64,000 nt of DNA from Blepharisma stoltei ATCC 30299 (taxonomy: Eukaryota; Protista; Ciliophora), in assembly GCA_965603825.1 (NCBI GenBank), contig CBFDEM010000023.1, positions 496,001 to 560,000 on the forward strand, in the 5' to 3' direction. Under the pieces are notes generated by a model. The model saw only the letters and a program-made list of their open reading frames with translations. It ran no database searches and was not told where the DNA came from. Each line of letters opens with the position of its first letter. Position 1 is the stretch's first letter. Of this stretch, positions 1 to 12,196 are shown one piece after another. The translations under genes were made by a program, and so were the position numbers.

Positions 1-640
1 GCTATCTGGCTGAAATAAACTTTCAGAAGTTTATACTCCGAAATCTCTCAGAAAAGGCTACTCATTCAATGAAGCAGCTCTAAGAACTTCAAGTATCAAA
101 AACTTTTCCCCAAAATCTCAGCCAGAAAAATCTCCAACTCACACTGACTCATTATTAATAAAAATTAAACGAAAAAGTTCCAAGAAATCTTGCTGCTCAG
201 AGAAAGACGATTTTAAATTTCGAATGATAGCATCGCCAAGGCAAAAAGAGATTCAAAAAGAACGTATGAAATCGCTTGAAAGTGTCCATGATAGCTGTGA
301 AAGATCATTAAAATGCAGAAACTTCAGCCTTCCTAGGCTGCTTAAGGAGCATCAAAAATTAATTGAGTCATTTGAAATACAAAAAATTGCAATTCAATTG
401 TTTCAAGATGGCCAGACCAGTAAAATTGATCATCCATTGGTCAGAAAGCATCAAGAATCTATTCATAATAGAATAAGACATGATGTGATCTCAATAAAGG
501 ATGAAGTGTCAAGACTAACAGATCAAGCTAGGATTGACAATAAAATTTATAAATTGGTGGCTCCTTCATATTCTAGGAAAACTTTGGACTTTATGAAAAG
601 CGTCAGAGTTGTATATCAAGCCTTTTCAAGCCCTAATTAG
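1..640 (+). CDS. hypothetical protein, 5'-partial
   Basis: The frame of ORF 224..640 stays open back to position 2 if TGA(11-13)=Trp; ends TAG; no recognisable domain. Confidence 0.6.
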
Positions 641-676
641 CATGATATTTTAACAAATATTATATAAATGCTTACA

Positions 677-1654
677 TTAAATTACGGTTTTTGGAATCAT
701 ATGCTCTTGGAAAGTCTTAGAAGCTTCAATGATTGACTGTCTCCAGATTTCCCAGAGCCTTTCGTTGAGTCTTCGTGTAAAATAATCAATCCCTACTCCT
801 TTCGACTTGATTCATTCCTCTTTCGCAATTTCATAAAAATGCAATGCAGGATTTAATAGCTTTTCTGTCCAGCAAACACCCATTTTTGCTTTAATAGACA
901 GCACAAACTCTGTAGAATTAAGCTGTTCCCCCAAGGTCAGTCATATTTCAATCGCTTTATCATAAAAGTCCCTGGCAGGTTGAATAACTCTTACTTTTAC
1001 ATTCATATTAAAAGGATTCACTTCAATAATATTTGTGACAAACTGGCTTGTCACTTGGAACGTAGAAAGTACTCTGTTTGATAGAGAATCAATATATCGT
1101 GAAAGAGATGAAAGAGTTTCTGGGCCTATAATCGCTTCAAGTGGCAAACTGGCTCTTTTCAGTACTTTACAAACTCTAGAAGCAAAAGTTTGTACTTCTT
1201 CTTGTGCAACTATAAGAGGCTGTAGTTGAGATTTAACCCGAGCACTTGGCAGAACTTTAAATTCAATCTGCTGAAGGTTTATGTCGATTTGCAAACTCAT
1301 CATTGCTAAAAAGAAATTATATAACAATGATTCAAGGCAAGCGCATTCTGAATTGGCTTCAGTCCAAATTGAGTTTAAAGACAGCTCGTCCTTGAAAGTT
1401 TGCTTAAATGTGCCGAAATCGATACTATAGGATCTCTGAATTATGCTGAGGAAGATTTCAATCAAGACTTCTAGACAATATTTCGCCAGCCTTATGTTCA
1501 AAAATTCAAGTTCTCGTTGAAGCGCAAGTCGCCAGTCTTCGCCAAGAAGCGAAAGTAAGGTATTTCTGAGCAGTTCTATATGTGGAAATTCTTGAGGATC
1601 GACTTCATAGTTAAAACACGAGTAATAAACCACGAGCTTTTCAGAATTCTCCAT
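677..1654 (-). CDS. hypothetical protein (~325 aa)
   Basis: ORF 941..1654 continues through two in-frame TGA codons to TAA at 677-679. Confidence 0.65.
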
Positions 1655-2186
1655 AGATAATGTTATGACGTATTAAATCTAATCTGTTATAGCACTAAAA
1701 TTTCAATAAAATTTTACTGTACTTCAGCACTTAATGCTGACATGTCAAAATAAGTAAAATAAACATCGGCAAGCATTATTACATAATAAATTATTTTCAC
1801 CAAAAACTCAAATTAATAATTAATTAAAATCACATAGGTGAAATTTCTATGATTTAGAATTTTGCTTTAATTTAAGACTTATTTAGAAATCTATGAGAAT
1901 TGATTGATTTATAGGTTCTTCCACTGCTTGTTTTACTTCAGCTTCATAGAATCCTTCTGCGCATATCTTTTTTCCTACCCCAAAATCATATCTTGTAATA
2001 ATTTAAAGTAGCACTTGGGAAAAAATGGTACTGGTGAGGTTTTCCTTTTAACTATAGAGACGAAGATGAGAAAGGATTGCATTTTGGAGCCAAATAAGGT
2101 TGAATAATAGAAATCTATTATTAATGCATTTTAATTATTTAATTAATATTTAAATTTTACTTATTTATGATAAGCTAAGAAAAAGA

Positions 2187-3422
2187 ATGTTAAGACAACT
2201 GCCATACAGATTTCACCCATCCACAAAGACTCACAGCCTAATTCAAAAAGCTTTAAATTCTACCTTTTATTTAGTCCAAGAGCTTGGCCCTACCTCTTTT
2301 TTACTAAAAGATGACAATAAAATATCCTACCGAGTGAGTATTGGGAGTACAGTTCAATGCTCTTGCAGAAAAACCTCACCAGACCATTGTATTCATACTC
2401 TCTATGTTCTTCTTAAAATTTTCAAACTCAATCCTTATAATCCACTTCTATGGCAACTCAGTTTCATCGACTCAGAAATCAATTGGATTCTAAATAACAG
2501 ACAATGTATTAGTTTTGACTCAATTGAAGAAACGTGAAGTAAAGCTAAAGAAATATCTAAACGAGTAAAATTAAACACTGAATGCTGCTCAATTTGCCAA
2601 GAAGAAATGAAATCCGCTGATGATCTTGTATATTGCAAGAATGGCTGTGGGCACAATTTTCATATAAAATGTATGAAAATATGGGCAGACCACAAAATAT
2701 CGAATGATGAAATAGTTACTTGCCCTATGTGTAGAGCTGAATGGAAGCTTGCGACTTTACAAAAGCCTGACCCACTTCCAATCTCAGAGTTAAAGCAAAA
2801 AATTAAGCATAATCCTGATTCATGATGTGAAGGCTGTGGAAAATGCCCAATTCGAAATGAAAAGTTTAAGTGTTTGGCTTGCCCCGAGATTTATTTATGC
2901 TTGCGATGCTTCTATATAGAGCATATAGATCATCCAATGTTGAGAAAGCGGTCATATAAGCATAGGTGAGAGCCTGCGTTTCGGCCTGGAGAAAAAGAAT
3001 GTGACCTTGAAACATATATTATGAAAGCTGTTCCTAGTGCTGAAGGCTGAGAGTGTATAATTTGTAAAGATAGAGCAGAGTGTGATTGAAAGATATTTTT
3101 GTGTGGCCACACAGCACATGAATGCTGTTTAATCATAAATTTAAGAAATCATCAATATCTCTGTCCTGAAGATGACTCATTGATTCTGTCTGGGCTAGAT
3201 ATTGAATATTATAAGCCGAAGAAAAATAGAGAAAACTGTAGTGTTAGAAATAATAAAAGAAATAGAGGTGATAGTGTCCCGACAACTAGGAAAATTTTCA
3301 GAAATCCTCCCACAACCTGAAATCGATCTAGAAGGATAGATGAGAGTTTTCAGCTTCCTTCTTTGATTATTACCAAATTTGAAAGAGACCTTAACGCATT
3401 GAATTTAAGTTCATTAATATAA
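2187..3422 (+). CDS. ZSWIM2: SWIM-RING-ZZ-RING E3 ubiquitin ligase (ZSWIM2/MEX-like), ~411 aa
   Basis: One frame with 6 TGA(Trp). SWIM CSC..HCIH; RING CSICQEEM..CKNGCGHNFHIKC..W..CPMCR; ZZ CEGC..CPI..KCLAC..LCLRCF..H..H; second RING-like CIIC..CGHTAHECC..CP. Confidence 0.8.
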
Positions 3423-3445
3423 ACTGCAATTTTTCCAAAAAATAC

Positions 3446-5065
3446 TTATAGTGAATTAAGTATGGCAAGCTTAGCTTTAATTGCACCAATATAGACTTCA
3501 TTAACTTTCTCGTTCATTTCGATCTTATTTAAATTGCTTGAATCAATTCCTACAAATAAATTTTCATAGCTTTTGGCTTTTTCCTCTGCTTTATTTGCAA
3601 TTTCTCTAATAAGGGAAATTTTTTCAGGCTTCAAAATATTTTTGTTGGAAATGATCGGCTTCCATTCGATTTGTGCAATTTTTTCAGGACCTAAGATTTT
3701 GCTAATTTTTTCTCTAACTTTTCTTCTTTCATTTAAATAGTCTACAGATTTATCAATGGGAGGAGATTTTTCTTCTGCTTTTTTCATATTAGTACTGTTT
3801 GGTGAACTGATTCCTTTTGAAATACTTCGATTGCTCATTGATTTTGTCCTGCTATGTCTTAATAGATTTTTCGCTTTTCCTTTATTTTCATCAGAAATTG
3901 ACAGACTGTCGTTGATTTCACTATTAGAGTAGGAAGATTCTTTAGAATCCAGATTAATACGTTTAAAATGGCTTTCATCTAAGCTCTTATGTAGTCTCCG
4001 GTTATTGTGTTTCTTTTGTAGTAATAAAATTTCATTTTGTTTAGCAATTGAAATCGAAGGCTTAAATAGCTCAATTGCTAGGTCTCCATACATTCTTGAC
4101 CTTTTAGCAAGCTCTTTTCTCATTTTTATTTTTTCAAGCTCATTAATCTGCTTTTCTTTTTCCTCAATTTTAGCTTTTTCGAAAGCTTCAGACCGGTAAT
4201 AATTAATGCTTGCCTCTTGTAAAGAAAACTCATTCAATTTGTGCCTTACTTTCAATTCTCTTCTTCCTTCCTGCTCCTTTTTTTGTCTTAAATAATTTCT
4301 TTCATGACTTTGCAAAGCTTCATAATCAATTGACAGCCAATTCCTTCTTCTTTTTTCCATCATTTCTTTATGCTTATCAATTTCCGGAAAAATGGATTGA
4401 TTTAAAAAATTTTCTTCCATTTGCTTGTACATCGGCTTTGCTTCATATACTCTTTTGAGTTCTTTGTCTCCTATTTCTAATAACTCTTGCCTTTGTTTTC
4501 TCTGATTTTCAACTTTTTCTCGAATTCTGTCAAGTCTTTGTTGCCTTTTATCGATGAAACTCTTTTGCAATTCTTCTTCAGCGATTTTATCTAATCTCAT
4601 TTGATTGAAAAGCTTTTCCTCCATGGATTTTACGAATTCTTCACGGGATTTAGTGGATTTTTCTCTTTCTTTTTGCATTCTTTTGATAAAATTTACTCTT
4701 TCGGCGTCGTCAACTTGTTTGATAAATGAACGAATTGATTTTGATCTAAACGGTATTGAGGTCAGGGATTTGTATTCTTGATCAACGAATTTTAATTTTG
4801 TTTCGAGCTCTTCTTTGGCCTGTTTCATTAATTTTAACTTATGTTGTGATAGCTGAACTTCATAGTTGTTTTTGTGAGACATCTGATTGATTTCTTCAGA
4901 TAAATCCAATGGCGAATTTGCTAATTTAAACTTGTTTGGAGAAGATATCATAGATGCAGCTGCATTATCAATCGTCATAATTACCTGAGTTGCTGTTTCT
5001 TTATATTTAGCGATCAAACTATTAAGAGTCAGAGAAAGATAGCCAATAACTGGCTTTTCTCCCAT
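3446..5065 (-). CDS. coiled-coil hypothetical protein (539 aa)
   Basis: Long uninterrupted ORF with E/K/R/Q-rich heptad character. Confidence 0.75.
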   Translation of the reverse strand: MGEKPVIGYLSLTLNSLIAKYKETATQVIMTIDNAAASMISSPNKFKLANSPLDLSEEINQMSHKNNYEVQLSQHKLKLMKQAKEELETKLKFVDQEYKSLTSIPFRSKSIRSFIKQVDDAERVNFIKRMQKEREKSTKSREEFVKSMEEKLFNQMRLDKIAEEELQKSFIDKRQQRLDRIREKVENQRKQRQELLEIGDKELKRVYEAKPMYKQMEENFLNQSIFPEIDKHKEMMEKRRRNWLSIDYEALQSHERNYLRQKKEQEGRRELKVRHKLNEFSLQEASINYYRSEAFEKAKIEEKEKQINELEKIKMRKELAKRSRMYGDLAIELFKPSISIAKQNEILLLQKKHNNRRLHKSLDESHFKRINLDSKESSYSNSEINDSLSISDENKGKAKNLLRHSRTKSMSNRSISKGISSPNSTNMKKAEEKSPPIDKSVDYLNERRKVREKISKILGPEKIAQIEWKPIISNKNILKPEKISLIREIANKAEEKAKSYENLFVGIDSSNLNKIEMNEKVNEVYIGAIKAKLAILNSL

Positions 5066-5409
5066 TATTTCTATAAGTGCTTAAAAATTAATTTTTTTAC
5101 TTTTTATAAATTGTTTGTGTTGTAAGGAATTAGTTTAGAAAATCTAAGAATCAGGGGCCCAACTTTCCTTGTTGATCTAGCCGAATTCTCTTGAAAAATA
5201 TTCTGATTAATTGAAAAAGAAGCTAATAATTACTATTTATTAGCTCTCTAATTTAGCTCGACAGCAAGTTAGCTTTAAAATTTCATCTTCAAATAGGATA
5301 AGCCACTCATTGGATATATTTTATCTCTTTCTTTTATATAATTTTTATGGCTTAAATTTTTTATAGAGCTGCATTAATTTATTTATCCTAAAATCTGATT
5401 ATAAATAAA

Positions 5410-6672
5410 ATGCTGATGCCTAGTAAATCCGATTTTAGAATGGTCTCTACTCTCACATGCATACTAGTTTATTGTTCTTTTTCAATTGGAGAGTTCATTT
5501 TTGCATTACCTCTCTTCAATGCTGTTGGTGGCTATCTCTTTGCTAACCTCCAAATTGTAATTTTAGGATTTACTAGTATCATACTTTATACTGGAGTAGT
5601 TGAGGCTTGCTCAACAAGAGATTTATATAATTATGGATGCTTATTAAAGCTTTATTTTGGCGAGAGTTCAGCTAAAATAGGCTTATTAGCAATTGCAATA
5701 AAGTATACATTGAGAAGTATGTGATGGCTATTTTACTGCACAAGGCTTATTTATGCAATCTTTATTTACATTAATCCAAGCTCTAATAAAGATTTTTTTA
5801 AGTCGACTGAATACATTTTGATATCCTTAGCTTTTTTAGTCCTAGTGACATTTCTGCATTATCAAGCTGGCAAAGTAAACAAAATATTGAAACTAAGATA
5901 TCTTTCCTATTTCATTATTTTTACGTGAATTTATATGATTATTTTAAGCATAGTATGGCCTCCAGTAAATCACTACGAGGAGCCAAAGAAGGAGAATATC
6001 CATTATGATAATTTTTGGTTTGCTTGGCTCAATTTTTGCCTTTTTATTATGGATACAAGCTCAATCCAATGCATCCCGGTAATTCTAAAAGAAACAAATG
6101 ATGTAAGTTCGATTAAAACAATAATTTGTTGTGGAACTTTTATTATAATGGTGCTCTATTTTTTAATTGGAAACATAGGAAATGCTTTAAATCCAAATTT
6201 CAAAGAATTTATTGAACTTGTAACCTTTAGTCCAAATAATAAAAATATGAGCTATCAAGAACTTGAAAATATTCCATGAGTAATTGGAGCTTTTTTCACT
6301 TCAGTATCTTCGATTTCTTTATCTATTTTTGGATTATATACATCAAGATTGTGTGTTAATCAAATTGTAGATTTAAACTTTCAATTTGATCCATATCGTA
6401 ATAGAGTTATTAGTCTGTCTCTTATAGGAATTGTTATTGCAATGCTATCAACGTTGCTGATTGATTTTAATAATCCTTTTGTTTCTATTATATCACTTTT
6501 TCTTATTACATCAGGCTATGTTGCAGAAATGGCATATCCTTACTTGGTTTATTTGAGGTATCAAGCAAACAATATTATTAAAACTCTATTTGGCGTTTGG
6601 TACTTTTTTTGGATATGTCCAATATGGGTTTACATTATCCTTATAGTATTAAGGGTAGTTGACTCCTTTTAA
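5410..6672 (+). CDS. multi-pass membrane protein, probable divergent amino-acid transporter (AAAP/Aa_trans-like), 420 aa
   Basis: Three ORF fragments share one frame, joined by TGA at 5722, 5926 and 6277; about 10-11 hydrophobic segments; N-terminal SIGEFIFALP and YGCLLKLYFGE resemble AAAP motifs. Confidence 0.55.
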
Positions 6673-6976
6673 AAAAGCTTAGCATAATTTAATTTAAAGT
6701 TTAACCTTAAATGCGGATAAATTTTCTTCAAACTAAGAGCAAATTAATGGATAGTTTTCAACTCTAGTGAGGCTGCAGTGCTAATAATTTATTATATTTT
6801 TTCTATGAATGGGATATAATTTTTGAATGGGAGAAGTGTATGCAAATTTTAATTTAAATTCTGAATATCCAAAATTTAACATCCGATAATGTATAATTAT
6901 TTGCAGATTTATATTTATCGGTTATCTGTTTTTAGAGATATGTAAAAAAATATACAAAATTTGAACTTGAAATAAA

Positions 6977-7819
6977 ATGGATTGCGATAAACTGACCTCT
7001 AAATTAGATGACCAAGAAAAGATTACTTATTTAAATGCGATTGCATTAATAAACAAATATGCAACCCTCATAAAACGCTTAAAGCGTTCTAAGAAATCTA
7101 AAAAGTCAATAAGGTATTTAAGGTGCTCAAGCACTTCAAGATTAAGTTTTACATCAAATGATGAAACTGAAGAAAGCCTCGAAATCCACAGTCCTAGACG
7201 TCCAAAAAACGGGATGCTAATTTCAAATAAAACTTTTTCTGCAGTTGCCCATGCAAACTCTCCAAATTGCTATTCGCTTGAGCAATACTGAACGATGGAT
7301 GCTGTTTTTGAGTCTATATACGAAAAATATAAAAACCATTCTTGGTGCAGACTAAATGCTGAAGAGCGTGAAGTGCATATAGCTGTACTTAAACAGTTCT
7401 GGCTTGACTGTTACATCTGTGACCAGACATTTTTGAATTTACTTCTTTCTCCTTTGAAGAACAAGCTGTGAATCAATTATGACTCATTTGCAGAATCACT
7501 AAGGGGAATTCATAAGACAAACATTTTTCACATGATTACATTGGGTATGCATGGAAAAAAAGCCAAAAAAATATTTTTGATTCAAAAATTATTGTTTTTC
7601 TTTAGATTTGTTCAGTTCGAAGCTGGCCCTGAGCTAGGTAGAGAAACCTTAGGAAGGGTGCTAGAAATGTCTGACAAAAGGGGAAAAGTCCAAGTAGATA
7701 TGTGGATTAACGTAATTTTTAAAGCTGCTGATGCAGTAAGGGGCTTTTCAAAGCAAAGTATTAGCTTCGAAGAGTTCAGGAATTTAATAATACAGCAATT
7801 TGTTAAAGAGTGCAAGTAA
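6977..7819 (+). CDS. hypothetical protein (280 aa), possible degenerate C-terminal EF-hand-like segment
   Basis: ORFs 6977..7291 and 7532..7819 are in frame and joined by two TGA; C-terminus IFKAADAVRGFSKQSISFEEFRNLI. Confidence 0.6.
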
Positions 7820-8088
7820 AAAACTGCGAAGAGTACAAAATTAAGATGAGCTATGCATTTACTAAATAATATAATAAAATACTTGAGTAGAAATGAAGAT
7901 TGGTTTAATCAATTAAATAAGGAATTTTTAAAATCCATAGTAATTCTAGCTCATATATATATCAGCCATTCTTCTTAAATTTCTTATAATTAAGATTCTT
8001 TTTTTATCATATAAAGATCATTACTTATTATCAAGTATAACTAACTTTACAATCTTCATTACCATTTTTCCATAATCTCTGGTTAAGA

Positions 8089-9150
8089 ATGTCTGTGATT
8101 GTAAACATCTCTAATGAAGACCCCGGATTTGAGCTTTTGAAAAGCACCAAAGGACTAATTAACACAGAATCTATAAAAGACAAATGGGTTGCTCATTCAA
8201 AAGTAGTGAAAATCGAAAAGGTTTTGAAAATATTATTTAATCAAGTTCAAGGTCTTCTATCTGGAAATGATTCAGACATCCAAGGACGCTTTACCCTCAT
8301 CGCCTTTCTTTTGAACTCAAAAAAGAACAGCGATCTTACTTTGTCCTTAATCAGAGCTCTGTCCTCAGTCACAGAATCCAGCAGACCTGCAATGCAAGCT
8401 CTTTCTTTACTTTATGATGCCATCACAGAAGGATCATTAAAATTCGCAATTTTCAAAGCAATTTTATCACAAGCTAAAAACGCTGACCTATTAAACATGA
8501 TTTTGCCACATTTACAAAAAATCGAAAACTTCAGCAAAGACTGGACTGATGTGGCTTCTGAAGAAAAACAAGAATTTTATTGGGAAATTTCACAGTTGCC
8601 TATCAACGAAAGCTTAAAAGCCAAATTCATTAAAATGCTGATTTCTGAGACCTCAGATTTACCTCAAGCACATTTCGAGGAAGCTATTTCTCAATTAATT
8701 TCTTATTCAGATGCCTCTGAAATCACTTCAATTCTGTCACTTCCTTGTATAAATAAAATAACTGGGCACTTTGCAGAGCTTATCAAAATATTACAAGAAG
8801 TTTCTGTCTCCAAATACCTTGTCTTCAAACAAAGCAACGAAGATTATTTGGCCTCTAAAGGATTTAATGCAGATAAATGTCTTGACACAATAAGAGTTTT
8901 AGCTTTATGCGACCTTGCAAAACATCATGAAGAGTTCAGCTATGCCCAAGCAGCTCAACAATTACAGGTAACCGAAGAAGAAATTGACGACTGGGTGGTT
9001 AAATCAGTCACTTTTAACCTTTTAGACGCCAGAATTGACGAAGTTGAGAAAAAAATCAGAGCGACCAAGAATACATCAGACCAAGACGAAAAATACTGGG
9101 AAAACATCCACCAATTGCTTGAAGGCTGGGAAAAGAACTTAAGTAGATAA
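8089..9150 (+). CDS. EIF3M: translation initiation factor eIF3 subunit M (PCI domain)
   Basis: C-terminal PCI winged helix IRVLALCDLA..FSYAQAAQQLQV..EIDDWVVKSV..LLDARIDEV followed by W..I..LL..W. Confidence 0.75.
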   Translation: MSVIVNISNEDPGFELLKSTKGLINTESIKDKWVAHSKVVKIEKVLKILFNQVQGLLSGNDSDIQGRFTLIAFLLNSKKNSDLTLSLIRALSSVTESSRPAMQALSLLYDAITEGSLKFAIFKAILSQAKNADLLNMILPHLQKIENFSKDWTDVASEEKQEFYWEISQLPINESLKAKFIKMLISETSDLPQAHFEEAISQLISYSDASEITSILSLPCINKITGHFAELIKILQEVSVSKYLVFKQSNEDYLASKGFNADKCLDTIRVLALCDLAKHHEEFSYAQAAQQLQVTEEEIDDWVVKSVTFNLLDARIDEVEKKIRATKNTSDQDEKYWENIHQLLEGWEKNLSR

Positions 9151-9172
9151 GCGTCTTCAATAAATAATTAAA

Positions 9173-9997
9173 ATGGAAGACAATAAGGCAATAGCTTTGC
9201 TCAGACTGTGCAGAGAATTGCCTTACAGCTTAGAGCTAGATTCTGATGAAGTGATTACCTTTAGCACAGAGATGATGAAGCATGAAATTTATAAGTTTCA
9301 TCTAGGATTATCTGAAGAGATTGATTTGGAATCTCTAGAAAGCTTATGTGAGTCACTCAGAAATCAAGTTCTTGTATTTGTTATCGGAGTCAAACAAAAA
9401 GTGAAAGGAAAAGGCAAACTTCTAGAAGACTCAGTTAAGGAGTATTGTGTTAAATTTATTGCAGAAATTGTGAGGCTTTTAGAAGATGCTGCAGCAAATA
9501 TGGATACAGATGCAAAATTATTGAATGTGGGAAAAGCTTGTAATGTGATTGATAAAGCTAATGATATACCAGGAGAGATCAGAGTAATTGTGATGTAGAA
9601 TTATCTTGCTGGAAAGATTTTAGAAGAGCTGGATCAAATAAAGAGTGCAAGCGAAGACTTGAATTATGAAGATAATGAAAATGTTTCTGAACTGTGTAGA
9701 AAAACAGTTGACTTTGTATCTAAACAAGTCGAGTTTTGGGAGCAAGTGTCAAGAGACTTATTGAGTGATAGAATAGACCTGATCCATGCAGGGTTGATAC
9801 TTGAAACAAGTAAAGAATCAAGTAAAGAAGTTGACTATTTAGTTGCTAGCGTATTTATCATTTAGTTTTTATCTATTGAAGAAGACGTATATATCGAAGA
9901 AGAGATTGAAGATATCAATGAAATTCTTAGAAAACTTAATGCTATATATCAAAAACTAAGTGTTCTTGATATAGATATTCCATCAATTGATCTATAA
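9173..9997 (+). CDS. helical protein, possibly GCIP/CCNDBP1-like (~264 aa, two 15-nt introns)
   Basis: Frame restored by removing introns 9584-9598 and 9851-9865; ends TAA 9995-9997; family call rests on weak motif recall. Confidence 0.5.
9584..9598 (+). other. 15-nt spliceosomal intron
   Basis: GTAATTGTGATGTAG; A at -6; contains in-frame TAG. Confidence 0.85.
9851..9865 (+). other. 15-nt spliceosomal intron
   Basis: GTATTTATCATTTAG; A at -6; contains in-frame TAG. Confidence 0.85.
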
Positions 9998-10092
9998 TCT
10001 TCAAAGATCTTTTACACAAAATTCTCTATTTTAATTACTAATATTTTCATATTAAAATGTTTTAAACAAATCGGTTAGATTAGTGTTAGTCT

Positions 10093-10674
10093 CTACATAG
10101 CAGACTTAGTATGCAAAACCACAAAGCAGTGAGGACATCTGTGGACGACGTCCATACAAGGTGTGAAACAAAAAGGCAAACAGCTGAGCGGCCAGAACAC
10201 GCAGAATATAATGATGCAAAAAATTCAGGCCACTGCTCCAGGCTGATATCTGATATTAGTAACAATATATCTATTACAGCTTGGACAAAAAGCCTGCTGA
10301 GGACTATTTCCCCATCTCCCTGGTGCTCCTACTTGCACTGCTCCAGTTGCATCTCCTCCTTGAACTATTACGACTGGATTTGCTTGAGGAGAATAATTCT
10401 GATTGGGATAATTGGGCATGCCAGCATACTGAGGATATCCGGCTTGCTGACCCATCCCAGGCTGATAGTAGTTTTGTGGAGGAGGTCCCATGCCGCCTTG
10501 TGCCGGATTTCCATATCCAATCACAGGGGCTGGCTGATAAGGGTAGCTAGGGTTCTGCATTTGAGCAGGGTTTTGGCTTTGATAGTTCATCTGATCAGGG
10601 TTGGGAGGATAAGTTCCGACTTGGTAATTTTCTTGATGTGGAAGAAGTGCTTGATTTTGATTGTTTGGTTCCAT
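10093..10674 (-). CDS. LITAF-domain protein (193 aa)
   Basis: P/Q/Y/G-rich N-terminus, CPSC, TGA(Trp) at 10225, hydrophobic IFCIIIFCVFWPLSCLPFC, then DVVHRCPHC; ends TAG. Confidence 0.9.
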
Positions 10675-11094
10675 TTTTTACTCCATAGCAATCAAAAATA
10701 TAAATAGTAATCAAGGACAATAAATTTGTAAATTGATAGATTGATAGTTTATTATACAATTCACAATGGGATGAATCTAATATATGAGCCTAATTTTATA
10801 AAATAGGTAAACTTGCACATTTTAAACATAAAATCTCTATATCATTATGAATTCTAAGCTATAATTATTAATTATAACTTATAATTTGTATTTTTGTATT
10901 TTGTTATGATAATTTTATTTTTGATATGCTGTCCAAGATATCATTTCTCTATAAATAATTTATTATAGTAACAGTCCTCACAAAAATCCTTTATCTGACC
11001 AGCTGAAACTTCTCAATCTCAAAATCCACCCACACCTCTAAATCCTTACAAAATATGATGGAACCACTTTCATATATTTTAATAATCAAAAATT

Positions 11095-11661
11095 ATGGGT
11101 TGTGATTATTCAAAAGAAGTTAAAAAGGATTTCACATCTAGAATAAAACAAATTCAAAATAAAATTGCAGCCCTCGTTAAACGAAAGTCCCAGCTCGAGG
11201 AGCTGCTTCACGAAATGGGGACTCCAAAAGAACCCAGCATCACAGAAGATGATATTAGATCCGAACTTAATCGTCGACTCGAAAGGCTTGAAGAAATGAT
11301 AAAAGAAATCCATAAATTAAATAAGCTTGGCAACAGTGATACGTTTACGCCCAGCAATTTTCGAAGCTATAATTCTGTGAAGATTGAAGAATCTGTTAAG
11401 TTTGAGAAAAAGGAAGAGTCATTTGAAGAAGATAGTGAACAGAGTGAGGAAAAAGAAGAATCTGATATAAAAGAGGAAGCAAGCCAGAAAAAAACGCATG
11501 TTGTGTTTAATGTGGCTGCTATTATTGAGGATCCGTCTATCAAAGCGATCATTGAGAAAAAAAGAAAGATGCTGGAGGGTAAAAATAAGGCTGCTAATGA
11601 GTCGCTGAGTACGGAGCTAAAAGAAACTGGAAGTTTAGTTGATAATCAAAGTGTAGTATAA
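11095..11661 (+). CDS. hypothetical coiled-coil protein with N-terminal MGC acylation motif
   Basis: 188-aa ORF; MGCDYS start; acidic central stretch. Confidence 0.65.
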   Translation: MGCDYSKEVKKDFTSRIKQIQNKIAALVKRKSQLEELLHEMGTPKEPSITEDDIRSELNRRLERLEEMIKEIHKLNKLGNSDTFTPSNFRSYNSVKIEESVKFEKKEESFEEDSEQSEEKEESDIKEEASQKKTHVVFNVAAIIEDPSIKAIIEKKRKMLEGKNKAANESLSTELKETGSLVDNQSVV

Positions 11662-12196
11662 ATAGATATAATAAAATTAACATGCAGGGTAATAACACAT
11701 AATAAATATTTACTGTAAATAGAACTTGAACAGGCAAGAGTTTTGAAATAAATTTAATTAGATATAGAAGTGATTTCATAAATATCGTTAAATGGCTAAA
11801 GGTAACTTGATAATTTTATTGATATTGTATCTTACTCTCCACATTTAAGTAACTCTTTATTTAAATAAATTTGTAATTAGAATCAAATTATATCAATCTT
11901 GAAGATTTTACTACTATACCAACGTTTTAGTATAACTTAAAATTGCTATTAATTACTTCAATCTAAATAATCATTCTAAAAACTACAATAATCAAACTAA
12001 TTCAATTTTAATTCAATCCCTCACAATTTTAATATCCAAAAAGCTACTCAACCTTATTAACTTTGAGACAAAGGAAGATTGGATTTTTCATAAATATCAA
12101 GATTTGTTGGTTGCCATTGTTTCTTCGTATCTAAATCTAATTCAGTTATTAGTCTTGAATTATAATAGTTGTATTTTACCCAAAAAATAACCAATA

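Noticed and set aside
671-685. Possible 15-nt intron GTAATTTAATGTAAG on the minus strand at the end of the 677-1654 gene
   Set aside because: It lacks the A at -6 and the YAG end seen in all 12 accepted introns, and would add only 6 codons; TAA at 677-679 accepted as the stop
10111-10707. 198-aa plus-strand ORF and the many other short antisense ORFs in the track
   Set aside because: Shadow frames of well-supported genes on the opposite strand (here LITAF); no motifs
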